Origin: Octopus sinensis
Lineage: Eukaryota
Assembly: GCF_006345805.1 (NCBI RefSeq)
Contig: NC_043025.1
Span: 4,278,001 to 4,342,000 of the forward strand
Direction of reading: 5' to 3'
Length of the DNA: 64,000 bases
A program made the translations under genes and the position numbers. Below the pieces are notes generated by a model. The model was not told where the DNA came from. It searched no databases and saw only the letters and a program-made list of their open reading frames with translations. Every line of letters starts with the position of its first letter. The first letter of the stretch is position 1. Shown here piece after piece: positions 1-12,514 of this stretch.

Positions 1-243
1 TCAAACTGTCCTACGTATTTTTTTTTTGGCTAGTTTACTTCGATCTGCTTAAACTGGTTTTAGCTGTTTTCGCTGGTTGGTCGGTCGGTCGGTCGGTTGA
101 TTGACCCGAGTTGACTGACTGCTTTGGTTTCTTCCTTCAATCGAACTGATTGACGAGGATTCGGGGTGTGTGAAAGACGTCGGGGACACCGATTCGGCTT
201 ACACCGTGCAGCACTGACTCATGGGATAGCTTCACGGACGCGC

Positions 244-830
244 TTGTGTGTGTGTGTATGCGTGCGTGCGTGCGCGTGTGTGTGTGTTGTCCCTGTGAGT
301 GTGTTTCTGCGTTAGCGTGTATGTGTATGGCATCCTCATTGTGTGTGTGTGTGTCTGTGTGTGCGTTTGTCAGTCTGTGTGAGTGTGTGTATGTGTATGA
401 CATCCTCATTATGTGCTTGTGTGTGCGTTTGTCAGTCTGTGTGAGTATGTGTATGCGTATGACATCCTCATTGTGTGTGTATGTGTATGCGTTTGTCAGT
501 CTGTGTGTGTATGTGTATGGCGTGCGTTTGTCAGTGTGTGTGTGTGTGTATGACTTCCCCATTATGTGAGTGTGTGTATGTGTATGATCCTCTGTGTGTT
601 TGTCTCTACGTTTCTGTGTACGTGTGCTGTTTCTACTCTATGTGTTTGTGTATGTGTGTGTCTGTGTTTGTTTATATCTCTTTCTCGCCACGAGAACCTT
701 GCTCTAAAGATAATAATTATTTCTATGTCAGTATAGGACTGATAATATTGATAACACGCACGCACGATTACACACACACACACACACACACACAGAGGCA
801 CATGCTCATACACACATACACATAGGTAGG
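244..830. repeat. Compound (TG)n/(CA)n microsatellite with an embedded degenerate ~65-bp unit
   Basis: Long TG runs with the recurring motif GACATCCTCATT...TGCGTTTGTCAGTCTGTG; the overlapping ORFs are only C/V/H/T repeats. Confidence 0.9.
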
Positions 831-855
831 TGGGGCACAATGAGGAATTTTTACT

Positions 856-1587
856 ACATACTCTTTACTCTTTTACTTGTTTCAGTCATTTGCTGGAGCA
901 CCACCTTTAATCGAGCAAATCGACCCCGGGACTTTTTCTTTGTAAGCCCAGTACTTATTCTATCGGTCTCTTTTGCTGAACCGCTAAGTGACGGGGACAT
1001 GAACACACCAGCACCGGTTGTCAAGCAATACTAGGGGGACAAACACAGACACACAAACACACACGCACATATATATATATATATATACATATAAACGGCG
1101 GGCTTCTTTCAGTTTCCGTCTACCAAATCCACTCACAAGGCTTTGGTCGGCCTGAGGCTATAGCAGAAGACACTTGCCCAAGGTGTCACGCAGTGGGACT
1201 GAACCCAAAATTTGTTTCAGTCATTTGCTGGAGCACCACCTTTAATCGAGCAACTCGACCCCGGGACTTATTCTTTTGTAAGCCCAGTACTTATTCTATC
1301 GGTCTCTTTCGCCGAACCGCTAAGTAACGGGGACGTAAACACACCAGCATCGGTTGTCAAGCAATGCTAGGGGGACAAACACAGACACACAAACATACAT
1401 ATATATACATATATACATATATACGATGGGCTTCTTTCAGTTTCCGTCTACCAAATCCACTCACATGGCTTTGGTCGGTCTGAGGCTATAGTAGAAGACA
1501 CTTGCCCAAGGTGCCACGCAGTGGGACTGAACCCAAAGCCACGTGGTTGGTAAACAAGCTACTTACCACACAGCCACTCCTGCGCCT
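856..1587 (-). mobile_element. tRNA-derived SINE family A, two partial copies in tandem
   Basis: Reverse complement of head GGAGTGGCTGTGTGGTAAGTAGCTTG...GGGTTCAGTCCCACTGCGTGG and body GGATTTGGTAGACGGAAACTGAAAGAAGCCC; more than 10 copies in the window. Confidence 0.9.
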
Positions 1588-2121
1588 GTTTGACTTTGAG
1601 ACAAAATATATTTCTTAACAGATGTTCACGACATAAAAACTATATCAGCTAAGCAAATGACCTTCTCTAAATACACTAAAACATTATGACATAATCTGAT
1701 TACGATTTCACAAAAGTCATTGCCATTCTCTTTGAGCAACGTAAAGGACAAATTTGGCTGGGCAAAATGGGTAAGACGAGATAAGGCATATTTACCTCTT
1801 AAATTCTCCAGAAAACTGACTAATACACGTCGGTATCTATCCCTAGACATCAGAAATGTAAAGAAATAAATTAAAATATATTGGCCAAATGAAAGAGGCT
1901 CAGGGAAAATTGGCACATGATATGAAATTAATGAAAGTTGACTAGGAGTGGCTGTGTGGTAGAAAACAAAGTAATGAAAATGGAAAGGAGGGGCTGATGG
2001 GAGGGACTTCTGTCCTGCACGGAGGATCCTGATTGGCCTTCGCAGGTGGCTGCGCAGGTCCTATGGGATAGTGATCTGTGCAGGATCATAAATTCCTTCC
2101 CGGAGGACTCCTATAAATATA

Positions 2122-2360
2122 TACCTATTTCTTTACTACCCACAAGGGGGCTAAACACAGAGGGGACAAACGAGGATGGACAAAGGGATTAAGTCGATTA
2201 TATCGATCCCAGTGCGTAAGTGGTACTTATTTAATCGACCCCGGAAGGATGAAAGGCAAAGTCGACCTCGGTAGAATTTGAACTCAGAACGTAGCGGCAG
2301 ACAAAATACCGGTAAGCATTTTGCCCGGCGTGCTAACGGTTCTGCCAACACACCGCCTTA
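2122..2360 (-). mobile_element. SINE family B (GGCGGCGAGCTGGCAGAA head)
   Basis: tRNA-like head with B-box-like GAGTTCAAATTCC; body GGTCGACTTTGCCTTTCATCCTTTCGGGGTCG; 3' end AAAGAAATAGGTAT. Confidence 0.9.
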
Positions 2361-3024
2361 TAAATATATACCTGTGTGGTCCGGCCTGGAACCGGGTGCA
2401 TGCTTCAATGAAGCAAGGATACTGGTCGGCCGGATAAGCTGAACGAGTCTAGAAAATGTGAAACGTGTGACTTTTTGTGTGTTTTTCTGAACATTGTGTT
2501 ATTTAAGTAAGAGGTTTATTGCCTCATTGTGTTTTGGGGGGAAAAAGGGAAAAAGAACATTGTTTTAGAGAAGCGAAAGTCAGTGGGCGCTTTTCGTCTT
2601 CTCCCATCATCATCATTTTTGCATCACCATCATCCATACCATTAATGTCCATGTCCAGCCCGCAAAGCTTCCATCTGTCTAATGCCCTTGTGGCAAATTA
2701 TATGAAATAAAGTAGCTTGCTTACCAACCACATGGTTCCGGGTTCAGTCTCACTGCGTGGCATCTTGAGCAAGTGTCTTCTACTACAGCCTCGGGCCAAC
2801 TAAAGCCTTGTGAGTGGATTTGGTAGACGGAAACTGAAAGAAGCCCGTCGTATATATGTTAGCCACTACACACATTTTTTTTCTCTCCTTGTTTTTTCTG
2901 TGTCCCTTTCTGTAGAAGAGCATAGGCTTGAAACATAAAAGACTTTTTCTATTCCTGAGCGTTATACTAATAGAACTGTTTGTTTTGTATACCACCTGTC
3001 TTCATCTTTTGTTTTTTTTATAAA

Positions 3025-3098
<74 letters not shown>

Positions 3099-3113
3099 TT
3101 ATTTTATAGAAGG

Positions 3114-3164
3114 AGCTTCTACAGGACTAGAACTGTTTCATTCAAAAGAAATCATCAGGAAGCT
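3114..3164 (-). ncRNA. Type I hammerhead ribozyme (mirror copy)
   Basis: Reverse complement of 3207-3257 with one loop-II difference. Confidence 0.8.
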
Positions 3165-3206
3165 AGGTGACAAGAATAGTTTTGGCCAAAACTATTCTTG
3201 TCACCT

Positions 3207-3257
3207 AGCTTCCTGATGATTTCATTTGAATGAAACAGTTCTAGTCCTGTAGAAGCT
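3207..3257 (+). ncRNA. Type I hammerhead ribozyme
   Basis: AGCTTC-CTGATGA-TTTC/ATTT/GAAT-GAAA-CAG/TTCTAGTC/CTG-TA-GAAGCT: 6-bp stem I, intact core, stem III, GUA cleavage triplet (cut after 3251). Confidence 0.85.
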
Positions 3258-3340
3258 CCTTCTATAAAATAAATTAATTTACTCTGCTATGTATTGAGTA
3301 CCTTATTTACTGTGGTTAACCCCGACTCAACCCGGGACCT

Positions 3341-3407
<67 letters not shown>

Positions 3408-3423
3408 TTTATTTTATAGAAGG

Positions 3424-3473
3424 AGCTTCTACAGGACTAGAACTGTTTCTTCAAAAGAAATCATCAGGAAGCT
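3424..3473 (-). ncRNA. Type I hammerhead ribozyme (second unit, mirror copy)
   Basis: Same motif on the minus strand with one base missing in stem II. Confidence 0.7.
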
Positions 3474-3515
3474 AGGTGACAAGAATAGTTTTGGCCAAAA
3501 CTATTCTTGTCACCT

Positions 3516-3565
3516 AGCTTCCTGATGATTCATTTGAATGAAACAGTTCTAGTCCTGTAGAAGCT
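3516..3565 (+). ncRNA. Type I hammerhead ribozyme (second tandem unit)
   Basis: Same motif with one base missing in stem II. Confidence 0.7.
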
Positions 3566-3650
3566 CCTTCTATAAAATAAATTAATTTACTCTGCTATGT
3601 ATTGAGTACCTTATTTACTGTGGTTAACCCCGACTCAACCCGGGACCTAC

Positions 3651-3733
<83 letters not shown>

Positions 3734-3989
3734 TGTGTGTGAATTTTGTGTTTCTGTGTTTGTCCCCCTAGCTTCGTTTGACAACTGATGCTGGTGTATT
3801 TATGTCCCCGTCACTTAGTGGTTCAGCAAAAGAGACCGATAGAATAAGTACTGGGGTCGATGTGTGTGTGTTTGAGTGTTTAGCTTACTCGTGGACATGA
3901 AAGTCAGTTGCAAAATCACTGGTATATGAGACAAAATTAAAGAAATAACATTTTTTTATGTAAATTGTCAAACACAGACAAAACAGCTG

Positions 3990-4278
3990 AATTTCATTCG
4001 ACATCCCACCGCTGCGATGAGCAATTGGCCATGCCAGCCTCGCCTGGCCTCCATGCCAGTGGCATGTAGAAAACACCATCCGAGCGTGGCCGTTCGCCAG
4101 CCTCATCTGGCACCTGTGTCACGGAGTGGTTGGCGTTAGGAAGGGCATCCAGCTGTAGAAACACTGCCAGATCTGACTGGCCTGGTGCAGCCTTCGGGCT
4201 TCCCAGACCCCAGTTGAACCGTTCAACCCATGCTAGCAGGGAAAGCGGATGTTAAACGATGATGATGATGATGATGAT
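3990..4278 (+). mobile_element. Family C element (RTE-type 3' tail SINE, or LINE 3'UTR) ending in (ATG)n
   Basis: GGTTGGCGTTAGGAAGGGCATCCAGCTGTAGAAA...GTTAAACGATGATGATG; the same tail follows the RTE ORF at 11700-11962. Confidence 0.8.
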
Positions 4279-4429
4279 TCTACAGATTTCTAATGAATGA
4301 TTGTCTATTTCTTCTTTAAAAAAAAGACAGTTATTCATAAACTGAACTATATTTATATACACACACACACATGTGCACATACATACACACACACACACAC
4401 ATACATTTATATGTATTTAGGAAGTTAAA

Positions 4430-5760
4430 AATTATGGCTGGTCATAGGGTGACCATTGATTTCATACCTATAAAGTACTTAGCAGTATAGGTGACTTGTT
4501 GGACTCAGATTGCTGAAGGCACATAACCTCTACTACAAATCCAGGAAGAAATATGTAATAGTCAATTGGTTTTGCAAATGAAAAATAATTGTCCACTTTG
4601 CAGATTGGATGGTGTTATCTCCCTTATATTGGTTCTGGATGTGGTGATATTTGAAGGAGCAGTGGCGGGCCTATTCAATGAATAAGGAATTCCGTGTCTG
4701 AAGTAAGAAACTTTGGATGAGGGCATTGAATTAATAATTCTTTCCTCGAGTTTAAAAAGGTCTCCAGGTCAAGTTGATTTATAAGGATTCTTGCCCTCTC
4801 TGCCAAGCAAAGCTTAAAATGTTTGCTCTCATTTACATAAGATCCCAGTTATTCAAGGAGCTTCCATTTAATCATGGATAGAGTCCCTTCTTCTTGTAAG
4901 CTCAATACATGACTAGTCAGGGATATGATGTATGAACTACTGATGATATATATATATGCTGAAATCCCCTTTGGTCATGAATGACCATGGGATTGCACCT
5001 AGAAAGTTACCCTCCCAGGCACAAGTCTGGGCAAGGTTGTTTATAGAAGACCAGCAGTCGCCCATGCATGACCAGTGTTATCCAGGGGATATGCAAAGGG
5101 GCTGATACAGCTTGGCATCTGTGATGTTACAACTCATTTCTACAGCTGAGTGAACTGGAGCAACGTGAAATAAAATCAGAAGGGGGTAGGGGCATGTTGT
5201 AGGCTTCTATGTATGTTTGTGCTAGTGGTTGTGTTGTTTTTGTTGATGTTGGTTGTTGACTGTTTGTGTGTGGTGTGTGCGGTATAGGGGATGGGGAATC
5301 AGTTTTTTATTTTTTTTTTGCTTTTCTGTTTCTTTAGTTCTTGCTGTTGTTGGTGGTGTTGGTATTTTCTCAAGTCGTAGTAGTAGTGTTGGTGTTGGCA
5401 GTGCTGTCTTTGGTGGACGCCTTTGTGCTGATTTCGTTGTTGTTGTTGGTGGTGGTGGTGGTACTGGCATTCATGTTTATGTTTATATTTGTTCTTTTTA
5501 AATTTCTCTCCTCCATCCTTCTTTCATTGACGTGTGGTGTGGGTAGTGGAGGAAAATCTAAGTTGATGTCTTTGGTGGCGGATGACCTTGCAGCATTAGT
5601 TTTGTTGTTGTTGTTGGTGTTGGTGGTGGTGGTAACAACGGTGTTCAAGCTGTCAGGTTCAGCAGCTAATGGTAGCGGCAGCGCCTCACTAGCGTTCAGC
5701 AAGATTTGTGTGCTGGCCACATGGTTTCCAGTTGCCATTTTCGAAATGAAAAATGGCTAA
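4430..5760 (-). mobile_element. Highly degraded non-LTR retrotransposon remnant (low-complexity ORF1-like start plus possible endonuclease region)
   Basis: T/N-rich ORF MATGNHVAST... broken by stops and frameshift; downstream stop-riddled peptide resembling an APE C-terminus (IKWKLLE*LGS); weak similarity only. Confidence 0.3.
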
Positions 5761-5816
5761 AATGAATCCATGAAAGCCTTTAAAAGTTTGGAAATTTCTC
5801 CCATACAGGGGCAAAA

Positions 5817-6122
5817 TCTTTATATATAAAATTGAAGTTGTGTGTGTGAGACTCTGTCTCCTTCGATTTAGATTCCTAACTACTCCCACATTTTGCGGTG
5901 CAGTTTAACCAAAAGCAGGTATCTTATAATCCTCATTCATATCGAGCCCTTCTGGGTATTAGCGCACGTCTACGATGAGTCTACGATTTAAAAAAAATTT
6001 ACCATCATTTTTCCACATTTTTAATGATTTTTGCTTGTGTTATATAAGGGAAGTAACTCTCTAGAAATGCTTATATAGTTATTTCCCTTACAAACCTGAG
6101 CAACGCCAGGTGATACTGTTAG
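5817..6122 (+). mobile_element. Non-autonomous Helitron
   Basis: A|TC 5' end (ATCTTTATATATAAAA), 3' hairpin CCTG-AGCAACGC-CAGG followed by TTAG|T (degenerate CTAG); ends resemble 27642-28201. Confidence 0.65.
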
Positions 6123-6261
6123 TTCTATATAAATATTTCTCAAGTTTGGATGGTCTACCCTACGAGCTTTACTGTTGTATACCAGACTTGTTTGGAGACA
6201 TGTTGGCAGTAAAACGGGAGCATCCCTGGTTCTGTGAGCTGAGGAGATATAATGCTGCTGA

Positions 6262-6510
6262 AGAAATTCAATTCAATTCAATTCAATTTTTATTGGCTCA
6301 AAAAGTAAAAGCAAGGCCATGTAGGGGGACAGGGAGTTATGTACAGGGAGGGTGGTCATACAAAGAGTTCAGGCCATTTCTAATTAAGAGAGACTTTGAA
6401 CCAAGCGGTCGTCAGCATCTTCACTATCTCGTCCGGCAGCTTATTCCACGGATCCGCAATCTGGACGGAGAAAGCCACTCTCCTTTGATTGAGATGAAAT
6501 CGTCGTAGAT
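6262..6510 (-). mobile_element. CR1/L2-group LINE 3' fragment
   Basis: Peptide ...RRVAFSVQIADPWNKLPDEIV...FKVSL typical of CR1 C-termini, followed by an (AATTG)n tail. Confidence 0.65.
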
Positions 6511-6910
6511 AGAGCTTTTCGGAGTGACCCCACAGCCAACGCTCTGGAGCAGGAGTGAAGAACAAGGGCGACGTAATAGATAACTTTAGGCCCATCACTC
6601 TGCTCAAAGCAGACTTGAAAATTTTGGCCAAGAAGTTGGTGCTTGTCGTCAAGAAACTGGTTGACAAGGCGTAAACGTGTGCCATGCTGGGTTGGAGCAT
6701 CCATGGCAACCTCCATCTGATGCGCTACATCATAGACAGGATAGTTAAGGAACCTGGCATGGGTGGGGCCCTGATCAATTTGGATCAATCCAAAGCTTTT
6801 GATAGGGTAGACCTTCGATACTTGGAGACTGTCCTCATAGTGGCTGGTTTTGGTCCCGTTTTCTGTGGCTGGATAGCTGCTTTGTACAGAGGCATTCATT
6901 CAGTCATTTG

Positions 6911-7184
6911 GGATCTTTTCGTTTTGAAGGCCAGATTTTCCTAGTTAAGTAAACAATTTCAAACTTCGTATACTGGTAGAATGTGTCAAAAGAAAACATT
7001 ATTGTAAACAAAATTGTAATTCGTAACTTAAACGTAGTTTAATTTTAAGAATTTTAGCAATTTTAACAATTTTGTTTTGAATTTTGTTTACAATAATGTT
7101 TTCTTTTGACACATTCTACCAGTATACGAAGTTTCAAATTTTTTAGTGAACAAGGAAAATCTGGCCTTCAAAAAGAAAAGATCC
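6911..7184. mobile_element. Foldback MITE with GG termini and 8-bp TSD (Merlin-like)
   Basis: Long inverted arms GGATCTTTTC...GAAAAGATCC; flanks GTCATTTG/GTAATTTG; removing it restores the RT frame (HSVIC-VNGHL). Confidence 0.75.
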
Positions 7185-7589
7185 GTAATTTGTGTAAATG
7201 GACATCTATCGAGACATTTTGACATTGCATGTCTGTCTGAGGTGTCCCCTCTCATCGCTTCTACACATATTGACTCTCGATCCACAACTGCAGAAGCTGG
7301 CGACACTGAGGAGCATCCTGTGAGAATTGGGATGTGGGACGAGCATGACTGCATATGCGGACAACGTCACTGTCGTAGTGTCCAGCCAGAAGCACACTGA
7401 GATGGTCAGCGAGACACTGAAAGACTACAAAGTGGTAAGAGGAGCAAAAATCAACCACGACAAGTCAGTGGGTTTGCAGCTCAGCACCTGAAGAAGCAAG
7501 CCCATGCCGTCCACCAGCACCTCTATTGTGGGACGCTGGTCCAGTCGAGTTGTTCAGGGTCTGGTTTGGTCTGGACCTCCAAACGGAGA

Positions 7590-7890
7590 AGAACTGCGTG
7601 GCATCTTGGGCAAGTGTCTTCTGTTATAACCCCGGGCCGACCAATGCCTTGTGAGTGGATTTGGTAGACGGAAACTGAAAGAAGCCTGTTGTATATATGT
7701 ATATATAAATATATATATATATGCAGGAGTGACTGTGTGGTATGTAGCTTGCTTACCAACCACATGGTTCCGGGTTCAGTCCCACTGCGTGGCATCTTGG
7801 GCAAGTGTCTTCTGCTATAGCCCCGGGCCGACCAATGCCTTGTGAGTGGATTTGGTAGACGGAAACTGAAAGAAGCCTGTCGTATATATG

Positions 7891-7921
<31 letters not shown>

Positions 7922-8120
7922 ATGTGTTTGTCCCCCTAGCATTGCTTGACAACCGATGCTGGTGTGTTGACGTCTCCGTTACTTAGCGGTTCGGCAAAAA
8001 GAGACCGATAGAATAAGTACTGGGCTTACAAAAGAATAAGTCCCGGGGTCGAGTTGCTCGACTAAAGGCGGTGCTCCAGCATGGCCGCAGACAAATGGCT
8101 GAAACAAGTAAAAGAGAGTA
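7590..8120 (+). mobile_element. SINE family A (partial plus full copy)
   Basis: Head, (TA/TG)n centre and GTAAAAGAG tail. Confidence 0.9.
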
Positions 8121-8267
8121 AAGAGTAAATTAAAAAATAGCATGTACTGGGGTCGATTCATTCAAAGCTCATTTCATTAAGGAATTGCTCCAGCATTGCC
8201 ATAGTCAAATGATTGAAATAGACCCGGACTGGCCAGATATTTATTTTGGTACTGTTATATAATGGTT

Positions 8268-8527
8268 GGAGCTTTTCAGTTTGAACGGCAGTTTTTAACA
8301 TAATTTCCACATAACTAAACACTTTTAAACTTCGTATACTGGTAGAATGTGTTTATAAAACATTTTTTTCTCTTGGCTTTATTGAGGAAATTCTATAGTT
8401 TGTAAGATATTTGTTGTTGTTTTTTCTTCAATTTCTGCAATTTCAACCAATCAATGACGTCTAATTGAGGTGAAAACATTATGTGCCGTATGAATATGTC
8501 CCTCGTTTAAGAAACAGATTGGGTTTG
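8268..8527 (+). mobile_element. DNA-transposon (MITE) fragment related to 6911-7184 and 28385-28640
   Basis: Shared AAACTTCGTATACTGGTAGAATGTG segment and degenerate GGA(T/G)CTTTTC terminus. Confidence 0.6.
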
Positions 8528-8648
8528 ACACCATCAAGAGTGAATCCGGAATGGACATAGCCAATCTGAAAGAGGCGGCCCAGGATAGAACTGACTGGAG
8601 GACACTGATCGAACGAGTGACCGAGAGTCGACTTCGACTGAGCGGTTA
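8527..8648 (+). mobile_element. RTE LINE 3' end fragment
   Basis: DTIKSESGMDIANLKEAAQDRTDWRTLIERVTESRLRLSG*, typical of RTE-BovB-like C-termini. Confidence 0.75.
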
Positions 8649-8974
8649 GATCGAGAGAGATAGCAGATGTTGGGACGCTTGGCTAGTCTACCAGGTTAAG
8701 GGGTGGACAGCCCTCGTAAAGCCAGATGGACTTGACCATCACGTGATGAGCCGAGGCAAAATATGTATAACTAAAAGTAAAAGAACAAACAATTCTTCTG
8801 TTGCAAATCGTTTAGGCGCCAAAACGTGCCGTTAGGAACAGTAACTCTCGAGGTGCGATCTCTGAATTATCGCCCTTGCATTGAAAATCGTCTTTTATCT
8901 TTTGCTTCAGTTACAACCGCCACCATTGCCCAAGAATATTTTCTACTCTAGGCACAAGGCCCGAAATTTTAGGG

Positions 8975-9761
8975 GAAGTGGGGGGACTGTTGATTAGGTC
9001 GACTCCAGTACGCAACTGGTACTTTATTTATCGACCCCGAAAGGATGAAAGGTATGGTCGACCTCGGCGGAATTTGAACTCAGAACGTAGCAGCAGACGA
9101 AATACCTATTTCTTTACTACCCACAAGGGGCCAAAACACAGAGGAGGACAAACAAGGACAGATAAAAGGATTAAGTCGATTACATCGACTCCAGTGCGTA
9201 ACTGGTACTTAATTTATCGACCCTGAAAGGATGAAAGGCAAAGTCGACCTCAGTGGAATTTGAACTCAGAACACAGACGAAATACCTATTTCTTTACCAC
9301 CCACAAGGGGCTAAACACAGAGGAGACAAACAAACGGATTAAGTCGATTATATCGATCCCAGTGCGTAACTGGTACTTAATTTATCGACCCCGAAAGGAT
9401 GAAAGGCAAAGTTGACCTTGGCGGAATTTGAACTCAGAACATACAGACAGACGAAATACCTATTTCTTTATTACCCACAAGGGGCTAAACACAGAGGAGA
9501 CAAACAAGGACAGACATAGGTATTAAGTCGATTACATCGACCCCAGTGCGTAACTGGTACTTAATTTATCGACCCCGAAAGGATGAAAGGCAAAGTCGAC
9601 CTCGGCGGAATTTGAACTCAGAACGTAACGGCTGACGAAATACGGCTTCGCATTTCGCCCGACGTGCTAACGGTTCTGCCAGCTCGCCGCCTTCAGACAG
9701 ACGAAATACCTCTAAGCATTTTGCCCGGCGTGCTAACGTTTCTGCCAGCTCGCTGCCTTAC
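8975..9761 (-). mobile_element. SINE family B tandem multimer (about four units)
   Basis: One head followed by ~180-bp head-truncated repeats joined at GGTAT|TTCGTCTG. Confidence 0.9.
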
Positions 9762-9893
9762 CATTGCCCAAGAATGACAGACGGCAAACACACACACACC
9801 GCACACACATCTTTTACCTTATCTTTTTTTTTAGCTTCAGTCATCATTCTGTGGCCACTCTGGAGCATCGCTTTGAAGAATCAACCTCATTAC

Positions 9894-9928
<35 letters not shown>

Positions 9929-10259
9929 GTTGTTCTTGTTGTTGTTATTTTATGCCTGGTACTTATTCAATCTCTGCCAAAGTGTTAAGAGGCGGGAACG
10001 TAAACGCACCAATGCCGGTTGCCATGCAGTTCCCAGTTGTTGTCAGGATTTTGTGGATTATGATATCTATGGAGTGAATTTCCTCCCAACTTTGTAACGA
10101 AGGACTGTAAGTTACCAAATGTAACGAAATGATGCGTTGCTAAACGTAGACACAGGTTTGTTGTCCCACGTCGGAGTCGCTAAGTGTAGCAGGTTGAAAT
10201 GAGAAGTCGGGTCACCGAATGTAACAGGTTTTGTTACTATTCAGATTGCAAACCCACAG

Positions 10260-10700
10260 CCTTCAAAGTGTGATGTAGTGGTCTTGTATCCAAGAGAGGC
10301 TATGCTTCGTGTCAATTCTACTGTCTTCTTCAAGCTTCCATGCAACATACCCATACAGAGTCTTTTTTATATATATTTTTGTATACTGAGTGCTTTCCAT
10401 CCAAGTCTTCTCTGAGGTAAGAGAGCCCAGCTGTTTTGGGGTTGTATAGAAGACCATCAGGAAGAGAGTGCTTCATGAGAAGCTCACTGCCAACTCATAC
10501 AACATTGCTCACTTCACTTTCCAGCACTGCATTTATATATTTACTTTTGCTGCTGTTGTTTAGCAGGTGCTGCCTGGGTGATACCATACAGCATTCGAAG
10601 GCTGTCTGGACTGATCTCAGGCCTCTACGACCTTCATTTCTTCTGAGGTAGAGCCTGTCAACATCACTGTTTCTGTGGAAGTTCCCAGATGTTGTCAGGA
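10260..10700 (-). mobile_element. R4/Dong-like non-LTR retrotransposon fragment
   Basis: FHRNSDVDRLYLRRNEGRRGLRSVQTAFEC and KLEEDSRIDTKHSLSW peptides. Confidence 0.6.
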
Positions 10701-10734
10701 TTTTGCAGGTTTTGATAGACCTTGCTCTAATTGC

Positions 10735-11962
10735 TGAGTCACTATCAGAACTAGAGGAGAAGTTTCAGGTGTGAAAGCAAGGATTATAATCGAAGGGCCT
10801 TAGAGTCAACTTAGCTAAAACCAAAGCCTTAATAAGTAGGAAGGCAGGCAAACCACAAATCCCTTCAGGAAGATGGCCCTGCTCGATCTGTAAGATGTAG
10901 CTAGTGTAAGCTATGGACACATAAGAGGTGCAGCAATATCAAAGGAAGTCTAACTGGGAACATAGTTTTTGTATGTGGCAGATGCTCAGGAGCAATAAAC
11001 ACTGAAAATGCGCAGAGAACAACTTCTGCCACATTCCAGGGAGAAACATTATAAGTAGTTGACAGCTTCTGTAACCTAGGTGACCAAGTCAGTAGCTGGG
11101 GTGGATGCTCTGAAAGTGTAGCTGCTAGAATAAGAATAGCCTGGTCAAAGTTCAGAGAGCTCCTACCTCTACTAGTGACAAAGGGCCTCTAGCTCAGAGT
11201 AAAAGGTAGACTGTATGACGCATGTGTATGAACAGCCATGCTACATGGCAGTGAAACATGGGCTGTGACTGCTGAGGACATGCATAAGCTTGCAAGAAAT
11301 GAAGCCAGTATGCTCCAATGGATGTGTAATGTCAGTGTGTATACACGACAGAGTGTAAGTGCCCTAAGAGAAAAGTTGGACCTAAGAAGCATCAGATGTG
11401 GTGTGCAAGAGAGACGACTGCACTGGTATGGTCATGTGGTGCGAATGGATGAGAACAGCTGTGTGAAAAAGTGTCACACCCTAGCGGTTGAGGGAACCTG
11501 TGGAATAGGTAGCCCCAGGAAGACCTGGGATGAGGTGGTGAAGCACGACCTTAGAAAATTAGACCTCACCGAGGCAATGACTAGTGACTGAGACCTTTGG
11601 AAATATCCTGTGCTTGAGAAGATCGAGCAAGCCAAGTGAGACCATAAACCAGCCCACATATGCGTACCTTTTCCTTCTTTAGACACTAAACTCTGCTTGC
11701 AAAGACCTGTTGAAGCAAGTGAGATCACAATCAAATTCGCTGATGTGGCCAATAACAGCACCGCCTGACTGGCCCTTGTGCTGGTGGCATGTAAAAGCAC
11801 CCACTACACTCTCGGAGGTGTTGGAGTTAGGAAGGGCATCCAGCTGTAAAAACTCTGCCAGATCAGATTGGAGCTTGGTGCAGCCATCTGGTTCGCCAGT
11901 CCTCAGTCAAACCGTCCAACTCATGCCAGCATAGAAAGCAGACATTAAACAATGATAATGAT
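10735..11962 (+). mobile_element. 5'-truncated RTE LINE with 3'UTR/family C tail
   Basis: ELEEKFQV..GLRVNLAKTK; MLHGSETW..RNEASML.WMC; RRLHWYGHVVRM; KTWDEVV; tail ...GACATTAAACAATGATAATGAT. Confidence 0.85.
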
Positions 11963-12514
11963 ACATGTGTGTGAGTGAATGTGTATATATATATATATAT
12001 GTGTGAATGTATGTATGTATGTATATGTGTGTAAATTGGTCTATTAGTCCTTTAATGTCAGGAGGGTCACTTAGCTATTCAGTAAATTGAGGTCAATAAT
12101 ACAAATACCAGCTTGAAATAAGTACAGGAATTTAAATCCGATCAACTAAAACCCTTGAGAGTAGAGGCCCATTGTGGTTGCTGTCCAATGACTAAAACCG
12201 GTAAAACAAATTACAAAAACAAAAATCCAGAACATTATCCACAAGAAAATAGATAAATAAATATAGATTTGGATCTTTGACCTTTCTTTTATTTATTTAA
12301 ATCGGATCTCCAAATAATTTCAGATGTGCACAGCTTTTGATTGGCATCATTTTTCACAAACAAGTTGGCGTTGGATTTTCAATCTTTCTGATCATCTTAT
12401 TCAGACAATATTAAATCACAGTTCGTTTTGTGATCTGATCTTTTATTACCTGGTGGTAGAACTAGATGGTTAAGTTTTACCTGGAAAAGTCTCAACTCAT
12501 ATCTCTAAGTAATT

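Larger units (their letters stand above)
3098..3650. mobile_element. Two tandem (period ~310 bp) near-perfect ~176-bp palindromes; Penelope-like element terminus carrying hammerhead ribozymes
   Basis: Spacerless palindromes centred on TTTTGG|CCAAAA (3185/3186 and 3494/3495); each arm holds a full HHR core; both are followed by the same ~75-bp tail and (TA)n. Confidence 0.85.
6130..7550 (+). pseudogene. L1/Tx1-clade reverse transcriptase remnant, interrupted by a CR1 fragment and a MITE
   Basis: NFRPITLL, SIHGNLHLMR, LDQSKAFDRV and AYADNVTV (YADD-like) motifs with stops and frameshifts. Confidence 0.8.

Noticed and set aside
137-840. Several ORFs of 90-140 aa
   Set aside because: Translations of (TG)n/(CA)n microsatellite with no real codon content
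1626-1916. 96-aa minus-strand ORF and a possible 47-nt exon (DRYRRVLVSFLENLR)
   Set aside because: Splice-like signals exist, but no partner exons or recognisable homology could be established
2519-2700. Minus-strand peptide MDINGMDDGDAKMMMMGEDEKRP
   Set aside because: Partly (ATG/GAT)n-driven, with no supporting gene structure
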